NCBI GenBank assembly: GCA_001244265.2
Contig: CDLV01000014.1
Coordinates: 868,001-932,000, forward strand
From: Microbotryum violaceum
Taxonomy: Eukaryota
DNA length: 64,000 bases
Direction of reading: 5' to 3'
Position numbers and translations under genes: made by a program. The notes under the pieces were generated by a model that did not search any database, was not told where the DNA came from, and worked only from the letters and a program-made list of their open reading frames with translations. Shown piece after piece: positions 23,902-36,937 of this stretch (positions within the stretch are counted from its first letter, which is position 1; each line of letters opens with the position of its first letter).

Positions 23902-26008
23902 TTTTTTTTATTTGATAGACTTCATTAACAGCATAAGTATATTAATACCTAGAACTCTTCGGAAAAGTCGGAGGGAATGCTGTTACGCACACTGGCAGAA
24001 GCCAGTAGTGTAGGACTCATTGACCCTGAACCAGGATCCACCATACCCACTAAAACCCCCTTTGGTGTCTTACAGAGACACTAGGCGACCCTTGGACTCC
24101 TGGATAGAGGCTCGAAGCCCTCGAACTCCGTTTCGGTGATCGGTTCCAAAAGATCCGACGAGAATCGACGACGGCGACAGGGCTTCCAGATCGAGTGAAA
24201 GAAGAGGACTCGTAGTTCGACAAGTCGACGTTCCGAGCGAGACACGACCGGGCATACAAAGTCCACAAAGACTGGGTGGGGGTCGGGGACAGAGCAGACC
24301 AGAGGCGCCGGGCAAATGGGCAGCCGACCGCGAGGTGAACCAGGCACTCGAGTGCTTCCGAGAGGCACATCACACAGGAGGTAGATCGATTGTTGGGATG
24401 TGGGCTGGTAGGGGAGGCGAATTGGCTTCCCGGATGGAAGGACCCCAGGGAGAGAAGGTGGCCGGTATCCTCGGCGTCCGAGTGAACCCGGCGAACCTTG
24501 CGCAAAGCCTTCCACCAAGCGTTCCAGCGTTGCTCAGGAAGATCGAATACCTTCTGGTGTCCCTTGGGGAAGATTGGGGGAAGATGAAGACTTGGTGGCG
24601 TTTGGACGCGTTCACAAACGAAGACGGGGTCATCACCTCGCCATCGGGCCCTCGAAAAAGCGTCGGGTTTACCGAGAGTTGTATTCCGTGGCCCGCTGGG
24701 AAATAGAGTACGTGCGTCGCCCATTGCTCGAGTGTCTGGCTCTTGGAGAGTTCCGGGGGATTGAGCGTGGTCACCAACGCCCAGGCTTCGAAGTATCGGA
24801 CCCAACGAGCAGGAAGAAGTTTTGTCGTTTTTCTCACCGCATGGTCCCACTTTGGGGAGGATGGCAAAAGTATGCCCACCAGATCCAAATCCAAGGGCAA
24901 CGATGCTGGTTGGGGCCGGTCTGGACAAGGTGAAAGGGGTTGGTTCGTTTGGTGCCTGGAGGCGGATGCGGATGTCGAAGAGGTGGCGTGTGAAGCAGCC
25001 GTCCGGGGCCCGGAGCTGGAAGACCCACTTCGCGTGATCGATTGCTAGACGCCGAGGCAGAACAATCAAACCGAAGCCGCCGTGATCAAGAGGGGTGCAG
25101 AGGCGCGACCGGGAGACCTTCGGACGTCGCTGAGTACCATCCGAAACTCGACCGTGAATGGCGAGCATGGCGGCCTCGATCTCCTTGACAACGCTCTTGG
25201 GGGCGGGAAGGAATCGGCTGTAGTACAAGATCTTTGTGTAGCAGTAGATGTTGATGATCGAACACTTGGCTGCATATGGGAGATCGTACATCGGAATCGA
25301 GCGTATCCGAGCGATGGTCGAGGCCTTGACATCTTCCCAGTTCGCATCCTCGGCGATCTCCACCCCGACCTGAATACCAAGGTAGCGAAACTGTGAATCG
25401 CTGAGACGCCAGGTCCCGAGATCTGGGGCGATCGACCGATCCCGAAAAGCTCCAAGGGGGTAGAGGAAAGATTTGACGTTGCTGAGCTTGCTGGCACTTG
25501 CCCGTTCCGTTCGTAAAGCTCGATCGCCCGATTGAGGCGGTCGAGGTCCGAGAGGTTGTGGAGTGCGCAGCAAGCGTCGTCGGCAAAAAGGAGTTCGCGA
25601 ACGTTTTGGAGGCCCGCAATATCGATGCCCTTGACTCTCAATCGAATCTGACAGGCAAAACCTTCGATCGCCAGGACGAAGAGAGACGGAGCCAAAAGGA
25701 TCACCTTGCCGAACGCCCGACAGGATGTCGAAAGTGGCAGAGAGCCAACCGTTGAGGAAGATCGAGGCAGATTGGTTGGTGTAGGTCGCTCGGTACCATT
25801 GGCGGGCTTTGGGGCCGAGGCCAACGGGGCAGAGGACTGCATCAAGGTACGGGTGGGAAAGACGATCGTAAGCCTTTTCAAAGTCCATCACCGCTAGGAT
25901 GCCAGACACGGGTGTTGAGCCCGGAAGTCCAGGGTCCATGAGACATTGGACCTCAGCGATGTTCGTGCCGATCCAACGGTTCGGAACAAAGCCACGTTGG
26001 GTTGGGCC
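23902..26008 (-). mobile_element. 5'-truncated L1/Tx1-like LINE, copy 2 (diverged relative of copy 1), inserted in the MULE right TIR
   Basis: Starts mid-RT (GPTQRGFVPNRW) and is homologous to copy 1 through the 3' UTR, with T8 at 23902-23909. Carries several indels, including a 5-nt gaacg duplication near 25505. Confidence 0.92.
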
Positions 26009-26312
26009 GCTGTCTTTCGAGGGCATTTTTGTCCTTTTCTCATTAAAAAACAGCCTTGTCTTTCCGTCACGTGCGGGCGCTTGCCGACCTCGATGCAAAC
26101 TAGTTTGGTGACTCCCTCGGTGGTCCCAATCACGAGTGTCTCTTGTGAATTCGCTCTCAAGGCATTGACCAAGAATTCAACACGAGAAGAATGGCTGGCA
26201 TGCTGTTACAGATATGAAATCACACACATAGGTCAAGAGCCTTCTGAACAAACGATATCCGATGGCCTCCTTCTTTTCTTATTATTTTGCTTCTGCGCTG
26301 TCGTTCGGGAGA

Positions 26313-28079
26313 CTATTGCTCGTTGACGAACACACTGGCCATACCCATACCACTGCCAATGCACATACTCGAAACGATGACCTTGGCGCCGGATCGCTTG
26401 GCCTCGGCGAGAGCGGTGGCGTATTGACGAGCACCGGTCGCGCCGAGAGGGTGTCCGAACGCGATCGCACCACCGACCGGGTTGACTTTCTCGTACGGGA
26501 TCTTGAGGTGCTCGATGGACATTACGGCTTGCGAGGCGAAGGCCTCGTTGATTTCCCACAAGTCGACCTCCTCGATCGTCAAGCCGGCCTTCTCAAGCGC
26601 CTTGGGAATCGCGAAAGCGGGACCGATACCCTGAGAACGCAAGGAAGGCAGCATGATTCAGCAGTAAATCCGTCGTTCAACGCCGCAAGAGACTCACCAT
26701 GAGTTTGGGCTCGACACCGACCACAGCGGCGCAGACAAATTTGCCGAGGACGGGCAAGTTGTGCTTCTTGGCGAACGAGCGGCGCGTGAGCAAGACGGCG
26801 GCGGCACCGTCCGAAACCTGCGAGGCATTACCGGCGTGTGTCGAGCCGGTCTTGGAGAAGACGGGCTTGAGCTTGCCGAGCGACTCGGCGGTGACGCCAT
26901 CTCGGATACCGTCGTCCTTGGTGACGGTGACGGTGGTCTCCTCGCCGGTCTTGGGGTCCGTGACTTGGACGGTGACGGGCACGATCTCGGAATCGAACTT
27001 GCCGGCCTTTTGCGCTGCGACAGCCTTTTGGAACGACTTGGCGGCGAACTCGTCCTGGGCTTGACGGGTGACGTTGTACTTTGCGGCAACATTCTCCGAG
27101 GTGATACCCATGGGGACGAGGCAGTCGGCGGAGGGCTCGTGCTCCAAGATCTTGTCCGAGAACTTCTCGGGCATGACACCAGCGCCTGTTGGGCAGTCGG
27201 GGCAAATGTCAGCTCAGCCGCTTTGCAAAGAGGGGCACGAAAGGATCACTCACCGTAGCCCATGGTCATGGACTCGACACCGGCACCGATGCCGACATCG
27301 ATTTGGCCGGCGGCGATTTGGAGTGCGATGTTGTTGATGGCCTGGAGGCCAGACGAGCACTGTCGGTTTAGGGTGCAGATAGACGACGTCACCGGGAAGC
27401 CGACTGTAGACGACGGAATGGATTCGCAAGAGTGCAAGATGCAGGTCGTCAGTACGAGAAAGGGCGGATGTCTAAAGAATTAGGAGCATCCAGGAAGAGT
27501 GTGCCAGCCCGGTGTTTTGCGACCGTTGGCCCCATCATCCAAGTCGAGGAGAATCCGACGTGCGCTTGGGGCTGCAACTGGAACGAGCTCTAATGCGCTC
27601 GAATAAAGGATTGCGACTACGAACTGACCTGCGAGTTGGGCCATACGGGCGACGGTCGCACCACCACCGGGAGGGAGGACGTTGCCGACCTGGATATCTT
27701 CGACGAGGTTGATGTCGATGCCAGCACGGTCAACGGCGGCCTTGAGTGCGGCGGCCAAGAGGTCCTCGGGGGTCGTGTCCTGTTGAGCGGCGAGGGAGCG
27801 CGCAGGCGGGAGCGGGGGCGAGGTCGCCGGTGAGAGCGAGAGAGAGCCATGGAGGTTGTCTTGGTCAGCCAATCGTGTCATCACCACCCTAGAGGAGTCA
27901 GACTCGATCGCAGTCTTACTGACCTTGAAAGGACCCTTCTTGGCTCGGATCAGAGGGGTGCGCACCGCCGAAACGATCACAACGTCGTCGTCCTTCTTGG
28001 CGAGCACGGCCTTCTTGCCACGTGAAGAGGGCACCAAGTGCGACGCCAGAGCGGCAACTCGTTCGAGAGCGGAGGACAT
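26313..28079 (-). CDS. POT1: Peroxisomal 3-ketoacyl-CoA thiolase
   Basis: NRQCSSGLQA, GNASQVSDGAAAVLL, EINEAFASQ, GAIAFGHPLGATGAR and SMCIGSGMG; N-terminal PTS2 RVAALASHL. Confidence 0.93.
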
Positions 28080-28682
28080 GTCTTTGTGGAGGGGAGTGGA
28101 GTTGGGAAAGGGCCGAAAGTTGTGCTAGGCGAGTGGCTGGCTGGACAAGATGGTCAAAGTAGCGCAGGAAGCAGATGGGATGGGTAAGGAACGGGAGAGA
28201 AAGACGTCGGGCAGCCAGAAGCGGCTGGCAAGCGACCCGGGCCCGGCCACAAGAATGCGACAAGCCAAGCTCCGGCTTTCACATCGGCCGACGCCCGAGG
28301 CGCGGGTTCGCGGCCACTCCCCTTGCCAGTCCGAGCGACAGGCGTGATGATCAAGCTCAGGTGAATTTGTCAAGGCGGTTCGCAGCAAGGTTTGTCTGCT
28401 GATCTGGATTCTGGAGCCTTCAGGAGTTGGGGGTGCAGGCACTTGGAACACTCACTTCCGCTGACACAAAACGCGTGTGGCAAAAACAGTCCATCCCTCG
28501 TTTACGTCATCCTAGACTTGATCAAGCCAGGGGTGCAGCAGCCTACCCGAGCTCGAAGGACCGGCCCGTCGGATACTGAACTAAACAGGCCTCTTTGATT
28601 GCAAAGACAGCACAGATAGTCGATGCAAATTTGTACCAAAGACTCTCGCCCGATCCACAACACCAGCTACTCTGCAGCGTGT

Positions 28683-31600
28683 TCACGACTCGTCAGAGTG
28701 CTCTTCATGAACCGAGCCATGACGACTCGCAGGCTCCTGTTGCAGCTCCATGACCTGAACGACCAGTTCTCGGTTCTTGTTACGTAAGCGTTCCAACTCT
28801 TCCAGCAACTTGGAGTGGTCGTCTTTCGTGAGCGTCGTCGCTGCGATGGCCGAGCTTAAAGCGATAGGGTTCGCCTGGCGTAGTTTGGCGAGCTCATCGT
28901 CCTTGACACTGAATGATGAAACGGGCGGTGAAGGCTTAGAACTAATTTAGTAAACCGAGATTGGTGTAGGGGAACACTCACCGGAGTTGTTGGCGCAGCG
29001 TTGCAGCTTCCGCTTCGATCGACTCGCGCAGCATCTCGGACTTTTGAGCCTTGGCGGCGAGTAAATCCATCTGTCGTTTCTGCTCCTTGAACTTGATCAG
29101 ATCGGCGTCACTGCAAGTGTGCGTGTATTTGTGAATTAGCACCGAAACTTTTGGTGTAATCGCTACCTTGTCAAACTGACATAATGGCGACAGCTTTGGT
29201 CAAAGCGCCAATACGTTTTTCGTATTCCTCGAGACGGCTGAGCTTTTCCGAGTCCAGCGCGACCTGATTGCGAAGGTCAAGGAACCTGTAAACCACGCAA
29301 AGTATGTCAGCTCCAGCCCGCCCTTCCAACCTATAAAGAAGCCTTGGGTGCTGACTCTGCCCCTGTCGTGTCCAACTCCTTTTGTAACTTGGCCTCCCGC
29401 TCTTTGACCACCTCCAGCTGAGCCCTCAACGTCTTCCCCTCTTGATCGGCCTTGCCCTTACTCTCCCTCACGGTCTTGAGCTTCTCCCTCAAATCATCGA
29501 TATGCGACACCCAATTGACCTTGATCGTGCTCGACTCGTTCCTCAATTGATCCAAAGACGACTTGGTCTGCTTCAGTTGCGCTTTCAGCGTCCGGATCGT
29601 ACGGTTCAATGCTTGGCGTTCGGCCTCGGCCCCACTTCCGAGAACTTTCTGGCGATGCAGCGTCCCCATATATTGGAGGTGAATCTGCTTGAGGTAGCGT
29701 TGGAAATCGACTTCGCCTTGCAGGAGCGCAATGTCGCGTTCAAGTTTGCTGACTTGCACACCGCCGGGGACGTGGACCCCGCGGAAGCGAGAACGAGGGC
29801 GAGACTCGAGGTGGTCCACCGGAGAGAGGGCATTGAGCGTGCCGTGGATCGTCGAAGGAGAGCCATTGATCGATGATGCGCGTGAAGATGAACTCGAGGC
29901 GTGGGTTGATGAATCGGTCGACGTCGTGATCAAGCCGGACCAAGCTGGGTGAGAATGGTCCGCCAGGTCCGTGATGGGCGTGCGCGGCCGGGATCCCGAG
30001 CGGCTCGTCGGAACGGACTTCAACAAGGTCGAGCCGGAATTCTGACGTGCTTGGAAGTTGGTGAAGTGCGTTGCTAAGGGCAAGTGGGGTATCGGTGAAC
30101 GGGAGCGAGAGCCCGAAGGAGAGGCTTTGCGGATCTGAGAGGGTCGCAGGCTGCCTGGGCGTGATTCGGTCACAGCGAGACCCGAGGCGGCTCGTCGCCC
30201 ACGGGACAGTCGAGGACTCGTCGGGACTTCTGGAACAAACCCAGGCCCTTCGTGAACGACCGTTTGGTCGCACAAGGCCATCACACCGGCAGCATCGGCA
30301 TCGCCGAAGCGAGTGACATCCGTGAGCTCTGACGCTGGGTCCGAGGAGAGTAAAGCCGGATGGAGCGTGTGTCGAGCAATGAGAGGCTGAGCATGAGCAG
30401 AAAGGAGAGCATTAGAGTCACGACTCACGTAGATATAATTCAAGAGATTAATTTTGAGCTCACCTTGCTGAACGCTCGAACACTCGCGGTATCAAAGAGA
30501 CTGTACGCTTCGGGCGGTCCGCTCCAGTTCTTGCTCCGCAGATACCCCGTCGCATCGCGCAAGAATGCCGTAAAGTTGCAAGGAAAAATGCCGTACAGGC
30601 AACTGAACAGCAGCATTGAATCCGGTGTCTCAACGGAGATGATGGGCGACTCATCCGTATCTTCCAGAGGCGCATCCTCGAGCAAGTCGTCTGGTCGTTC
30701 CCAGCAGACGAGGCGGGCGTAAATGGCAAACAGGCCCGGGAGGTGGTCGCCGATCAAGACGGTGAGCTGGACCAAGGAGATGACAAGGCATTTGGCGCCA
30801 AGGATGACGGAGGCCGAGTCACGCGAGGTCAAACACAGGGTGATGAGGGCTCCTAACAACGGCGTCTCGTGAATTCCTTTGGCCTTGTCCGGGTGACGCG
30901 AAAGGAAAGCGACGAGCAAGGAAAGGGTGGGTAGTTGCGGTGATCGCGAGACGGTAACGAAGGGTGCCATTTGATCAAACAGCCTCTGTACAACAGCTCA
31001 CCGAGATCGGTCTTCAGGGGTAATCCGAAAACGCGATGGAAGTGGTCCACTCACGACGTAGAACTTTTCGCCCCAATTGATGAGGCATTCCTGAAGATTG
31101 TGCACGCCATACCCTTCATCGAAGCCCTTGAGACCGGCAAGAGCTTTCTGCTCGTACTCGTCTCTTACGGTCAAAAAGAATGGAGGCACGTACCTCCACT
31201 CCTGGTCCGATTCCTCCTGCGTCGGCGACATGCCCCACACGACCATCGTCGTCGAGGCCTCGAGCGCTTCTCTCGATACTGTCAGAGGCTTGAGCAGTGG
31301 GTCGGAGGCGCCTCTACTCGTGCTTGTTCGCTCCGCGGGTGCAAGTGTGCTCGATGGAGTGGCCGCGTCCTTCCCCTTTTCGGATTTGCCCGACTTGCGA
31401 CCCCTCGAACGTTCCGGTGGGGCCGTTGTCCTGTCGTCGGTGCGTTGCAGGTCCTTGCCTGAACCCAGGATGACCCTCCTCAGCACGGCGCCCCACCACA
31501 CCTTGGCGATGTCGTGGCGGGTGACGATCGCGGACGAGTCGTCATAGTCGTTGCCATCCGCACTGAGTTGACACAGCAGCACGAGAAACGCCGAGACGCG

Positions 31601-31978
31601 AGCTACGGCCTGAGGTTCGGTCTCGGTCCCGGCTCGAGGTTCTGCGCTCGCCCACAGTTCGAGCAGTCCGTCGCGCCATCTCGTCCTTTCCCGCTCCTTG
31701 GCCTCGTGTGCAGAGTCGGGGAAGGTCGAGGCAAAGGTGTTGATATGTTCCTGGATACTCGCCTCGAGGGACGCGGGGATGCGTAGAGTCGGGAAGGGCG
31801 ACGAGGTCGGTGACGTCGTGCTCGAGTAAGAGGTGGAGCTGCTCGAGGCGCTCACCGTCACTGATGTTGCGGCGGTGGAGTGGGAGCCAGCAGCTTGAGC
31901 TGCTGCAGAATCAAACAAGGCCGACAGGTGTCCCAATAACTCCTTGGCTGATGCCCTGCGATGGGGTCCAAATGCCAT
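28683..31978 (-). CDS. TSC1: Hamartin / tuberous sclerosis 1 homolog
   Basis: LFAIYARLVCW and LFSCLYGIFPCNFTAFLR..HTLHPALL core, then coiled coil LERDIALLQGEVDFQRYLKQIHLQYMGTLHR. Spliced 3' exons end at a TGA (28685-28683). Confidence 0.85.
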
Positions 31979-32477
31979 GGCCTGGTCAGCTCACTAGCTC
32001 GAGCTACGCCTGTTCGTCGGGTCGGCCGCCCTGTGTTCCGAAAAGCAAAGCGGGCAAGGACATGGACGACGACGTACATGATACCCTAACCGGCACCCAA
32101 ACAGCCCGCCCCGAGAAAACTGGCTCAGCAGAGTGTGGGTCCGCCGACTACAACGATTCACACAAGTTCACTGGACCAGGAATGATGTGGACAGCAGCCA
32201 AACGACGACCGTCGACGCGCGACGGTTCGGCTATGCTGCGGTTACACACACCACCGAAGCGGTCCGAGCGGCACTCGCTCGGCCCCAACGGTCTGTGTTC
32301 GGTCTCCCTCGAAAAAGTAATTTCATGGCATACAGAGCAGCACCAGCACCTATCAAGGGTACCTATCAAGGACCGTGAAAACCTTTTCCTACTCTGGATC
32401 GGCGACTTGGGGCAGAGCACTTCCACCATCGCCTTTTCATTCCCTCAATAATGCCCAGGCGCTAGCCCTTAGCGCGC

Positions 32478-35400
32478 TTAGCGCTTGCCACTCTTGCTCT
32501 TCGACTTTTTAGGTCGGTCCGATCCACTATCCGAAGCTGCTCGTCCCTTGCCATTCTGTCTTCGTTCCTGTTCCTTGCGTTCCAGTTTTTCCTCCGCATC
32601 ACTCCAATCATCGGCGCTGATGTCCTCGGCGCTCTCATCGTCATCGTCCGAAGCGTCGTCGTCGTCAAAGTCTGACCCGGATTCAGAGCTCTCACTCTTG
32701 AACACGTCCGACCCAGCCGAGAACTCGGACTCTTCCTCGCTCTCGTCCGAGTCCTCCTCGTCGTCACCCTTGGCCGACAGGAAGCCCCAGCCGCCTTCCT
32801 TGAAGAACTCGTACGGGTCCTCGTTGACGGTCTTCATGATGGCACCCCAGTTGAGGTTCACCGGTCCTTCGGTGAAGGGGATGTCGACCGAGTCGAGCCA
32901 TTCCTTGACATTGTCCAATTGCGCCGACGGCACCGTATTAATGTGAATCGGCGTTCGCTTGAAATCGGCAAAGACGAAGACCATGTCAAAGTTCTTGAGA
33001 CCGTATTGCACGCGCTCAAGATGGGCGACCTCGATCTCGCTCAGCGTCAAGACCAAGAACGGAGGCTCGGTCAAGAAGACGAGCGTCTCGGTCGTCGGTT
33101 GCATAAGCACGTTGGACCGGAACGGCACACCCTGGAAACCAAGCTCGCGGAAGGGAATATCGACCTCGACGCGCCCGTCCGAGGCCTCTGCGATCTTGTC
33201 CGAGAAGGCTTTGAAGTACTTGTTGAGGTCGGACCGACGCCTTCGCTCCTCCTGCTCGGCCTCGAGTTCGTCCTCGTCGTGGTAATTTTTCCGTCGCTTC
33301 TTGTTGCCCGTCTCGTCGAACGACTGGTCCGACACCTCTCGGAAGAACTGCACATCGGCGGCCTTCTTCTTGCCGATCAGGATCGGCGTCTTGAGATGGA
33401 TATGCAAAATGACGATCAGCTCGTGGTCGCACGGCTGGAACAGCAAGTGCTTCATGTTGCTGAAAAGGATGTCTGTGCGCGTAGATAAACATTGATGCAA
33501 GTTGAGTCGGACAATCTCAAAAGCCCACACCTAGGCACAATACTCACCAATCTTTTGTTCCGACTTGAGCGACGACTGGTAGCGAATACCGTTCGAGTGG
33601 ATCTCGACATCGCCCATCTGTCGCTTGCCATCGAAAACAGGTCGAACCTGCACGTCCGTCATCCTGATCGGTCGCTTGCCCTTCAGCTCGATCAAGCGGT
33701 CCTGCTCGACGACGTCGGCGAGTTCCTTGCGTTCGGCCTCGCGCTTCGTGGCGGCCTTCTTCAGCTCTGTGATGTCCTTGTGCACCTCGGCGTAGCGGAA
33801 CCCGTCGAGCGAGCGGTACGTGATGCCTCGGATGAACGTCGCCGAAGGGTCCTCGAAGGGTGTATCCTCCTTCTTGCCCGTGATCGCACCGGGGGTGACG
33901 AACATGAAGCGCAAGACGGTGTAGTCGCCTTCTTCTTGCTTGACGATGCTCTTGAGCGTGTTGATGTGGAACGGCACAGCGTATCCATTGATGGGCAGGA
34001 TGATGGTCGAGCGGCGCACGTCGACCGAAATTTTCTGCGACGTCACCGCCTCGGGAAGCTGCGACTCCTTCTGGTAACTCGTGAAACTCTTCCATTGCTT
34101 CTCGCCGCGTCCACGCCCACCGTCGCCCTCAGAGAAGCGCTCCAACCCAGCTTCCTGTCGGCGGACTGCCAATTCGCGCTGATGCTCTTCCCTTCGCTTG
34201 AGCGCATCCGCATCGACGTCCCGGTTCTCGTTCCTCAATTTGGACTTGACCATGACCGTCGGTGCGGCTTTGCGCGCCACTCCGCGTCCCCCCTGCGCGG
34301 CCTTCTTCTTATCCTCCTCGTCATCGTCCATGAAGAACATGACGTCGTCCTTGCCCTTCATCCCTTCCGAAAGGATCTTGGCACCGGATTTGCCAACCTG
34401 CACGGTATCGACGAGCGAGATCGCGTACGTCTTGTCCCCCTTGGCCTGCGGGATGTTGTGGAACCCGAGCGAGAGCGAAAAGATCATATCCTGTTTGAGC
34501 GTGCGAGTCCCTTTGGGACCGAGCGCGTACGCCGCATCGCGGAACTCCAACCCCATCCCGAAACCGCACGTCTTGACAAAGTGAGGCAACAAGTCCTCTC
34601 GGTCGTTACGAATTTTCTCAACGGTCGCGGCGTACACATCCTTGGCCACTGCGCCCTCCTTAAGTTCCCCAATGACGAACTTTTGCAGTTCGACGAGGAA
34701 GAGGTAGTTCTTCTCTTGCGCCGAATCGGGGTCGATCATGAACGTGCGACCGACGTTGCTGCAGTACGACTTGTAGCGAATACCGAGCGAGCACAGGATC
34801 ACGCCCGGCTTGAGCTTTTGGTCGTCCGTCTGCGCCGAACTTTTGAGGTCGTAGTTGCCTCCGGATTGGATGATGGGCGAGTAGCACCAATCGCCGAACC
34901 CGGTCTCGAACCCATCGCCAAGTTTTAGCGAACGCCAGAACTTGGTATCCTCGAGCTTTTGCTCGATCTGCTCGCCCAATTGCTCGTGGGTGATGCGCTT
35001 GCCCTGATCGATCGCGGACGACATCGCATCGCTGAAGTGCGACATGAGGTGGTTCGTCATTTTGGCAGCGTGCATCTCGTTGCGCTGCAATTCAGAAAGG
35101 GAAGCAAGCATGTCAGCCAAGTGCGCACTATGATGATGAACCGAGCTTGTGACCCACCAGCTCCTCTTCATCCTTGACGGCCAACAAAGTCGAGACCCCC
35201 GGTCCAACATCTATCTCCTTGATGTCCTTGCCCGAGCTCGTGAAGACGCTCTGCCATTCATTGACGAATTTGCCGGCCATCTTGTCCTTCGGGAGCGTAC
35301 CGACCGTGTTCTGCAATGCATCGCGCGTCACACGTCAGCTTTCTTGCCCCGCGTGCGCCCGACGGGACGCTTCCAACTCACGCCATCGCCAATCGCATCA

Positions 35401-36129
35401 ATGACCTGCTCGAACAAGTTCTTGTTCTCGGCCTCATCCTTGGACCGAGTCAGGATCTCGACCTCGAACTTCTCATCCGATGGGGCGGTCAAAAGCGGCT
35501 GAAGCAACTTGGCTGTGGTTGAAGAAAGTCGGATCATCGAAGCAGGGGTCAGTACACGAGCGAACGCGATCGGATCCGTGCGCATGAAGCTGAAAACGTA
35601 CCCTTTGAAGTCGATACGACAAAGACGACCTTCTTGGCGCGACCCTTGTTGGAGAGCATCATCAACGTCGAAGGGAACTCGTAACCGAGCAAATAGGTCT
35701 GCGTCATGTCGACAATCTGACGCGTCAGAACAAACGCTCGAATCGGGTCCGGAGCCGCGTCTAGCTGGACTGACCTGCAGTGCGGAGCCTTTACGGTACG
35801 GGTTCTCTTCGTCCGAGTTACCGGCGACGACGAGGAGATGCTCGACCTCGGGCAAAGGGGCCGAGTCATCTTCCTTTTTCTAGTTACGGGAGGACAAGTC
35901 ACGATCAGCGCGCGAGCTCGGACAATCAGGTGCCCCGAGACGGATCTTCGTCGGGTAGTAGCAAGGAAACGTACCTCCCATAGACTAAAGATACGAAGTG
36001 CTCGACGGTGAAACGTCGAGGAGGAGATGACGACGTCCGACACTGCAGTAGACGAGGAGTCAGCCCAGGATCAGGATCGAGGCCAGGGTGCGAGACGAGT
36101 ATTCCCAGGCCCGGCTGCGCTGACTGACT
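32478..36129 (-). CDS. SPT16: FACT complex subunit Spt16
   Basis: [69 protein letters not shown] and [10 protein letters not shown], plus an acidic tail. The start codon is apparently split by an intron. Confidence 0.95.
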
Positions 36130-36937
36130 GATGAAGGTAGATCAGGTTTGGCTGTGGTTCCTCGTGGTGATATGCCAAGTACTCCGGTATCGCACGACGA
36201 GTGTGAGCGTTAGTGCGTGCGTGTGGTCACTGGTCCGTGTTCTGTGCGCGGGATTGAATTGACATGTGCGACTCGAGTCAGCAAGTCGCGTTCCCTCTGC
36301 TGTGCTCGACCAGGCTGGCCGCATGAAGGACGAAAAATGAAGGATGAAAAGGAGGGGAACAGACCACTCCAAGAGCACATCCGGTCCAGAAAACACGTCG
36401 ACCCGTGGTGGTGCACCGAGCAATGCAACAATCCCGCCTCGCTCCCGGCTGGCGGCGCGTCCGGGAACCGCTTCCCAGCCGCCTTTCCCAAAAGCATCCC
36501 GCCGACATTGCCATGAAGCGGCCCACTCACTCGACGAGTTGCGTTATCCTCTCTGCTCGTACGCGTTGTGTAGTGTGTAGGAGGATGGTCCAAGTCCGAA
36601 AGAGGGCGACAAAGGGAAGCAGGCCAGAAGCAAGCGAAACACGTCGTCGCCCGCGCTCTCAGTCTCATCAAGGCGCGTCCCCAGCACCGTCCTTTTAGGC
36701 CCTTTTTCACGACGCGTCAAACCAATTTCCGCCCTGCCTGCCTCTCACGCGGCGACAGGCTACTTCACCAGACCGTCTCAAATTCGCAAATTGGTCGTCA
36801 TCGTATAGAATCATTAACATTGTAGGTCGTCTCAAAAACTTATTACTTCCTCCAAAGAAGGAAGAGGAAAAACAACCCGCCCCCCCCCCCACCTCCCCAA
36901 CCCCCAACCCATCTCAAAGATCATCCACAGTCCCAGC

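Larger units (their letters stand above)
22719..26041 (-). mobile_element. Internally deleted Mutator/MULE element with ~215-bp TIRs
   Basis: Left TIR 22719-22934 (GAGAAAAGGACAAAAATGC...) is inverted at 23696-23901 plus 26009-26041. The interior carries MuDR-like remnants. Confidence 0.85.

Noticed and set aside
17470-26020. Shared target-site sequence for the two LINE insertions
   Set aside because: Targets ATGCGCTTG|TTGCTC and AAAGACAGC|GAAAGG show no similarity.
26070-26104. CTAG|T with a weak upstream GC hairpin as a possible Helitron 3' end that could explain SF3B1 capture
   Set aside because: The hairpin is poor, unlike the clear Helitron ends at 51037 and 53072, and no matching 5' end was found.
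33492-34928. Long plus-strand ORF (478 aa) and similar antisense ORFs over the nucleoporin, thiolase and acyl-CoA synthetase
   Set aside because: Antisense shadows of GC3-rich real genes; no motifs.
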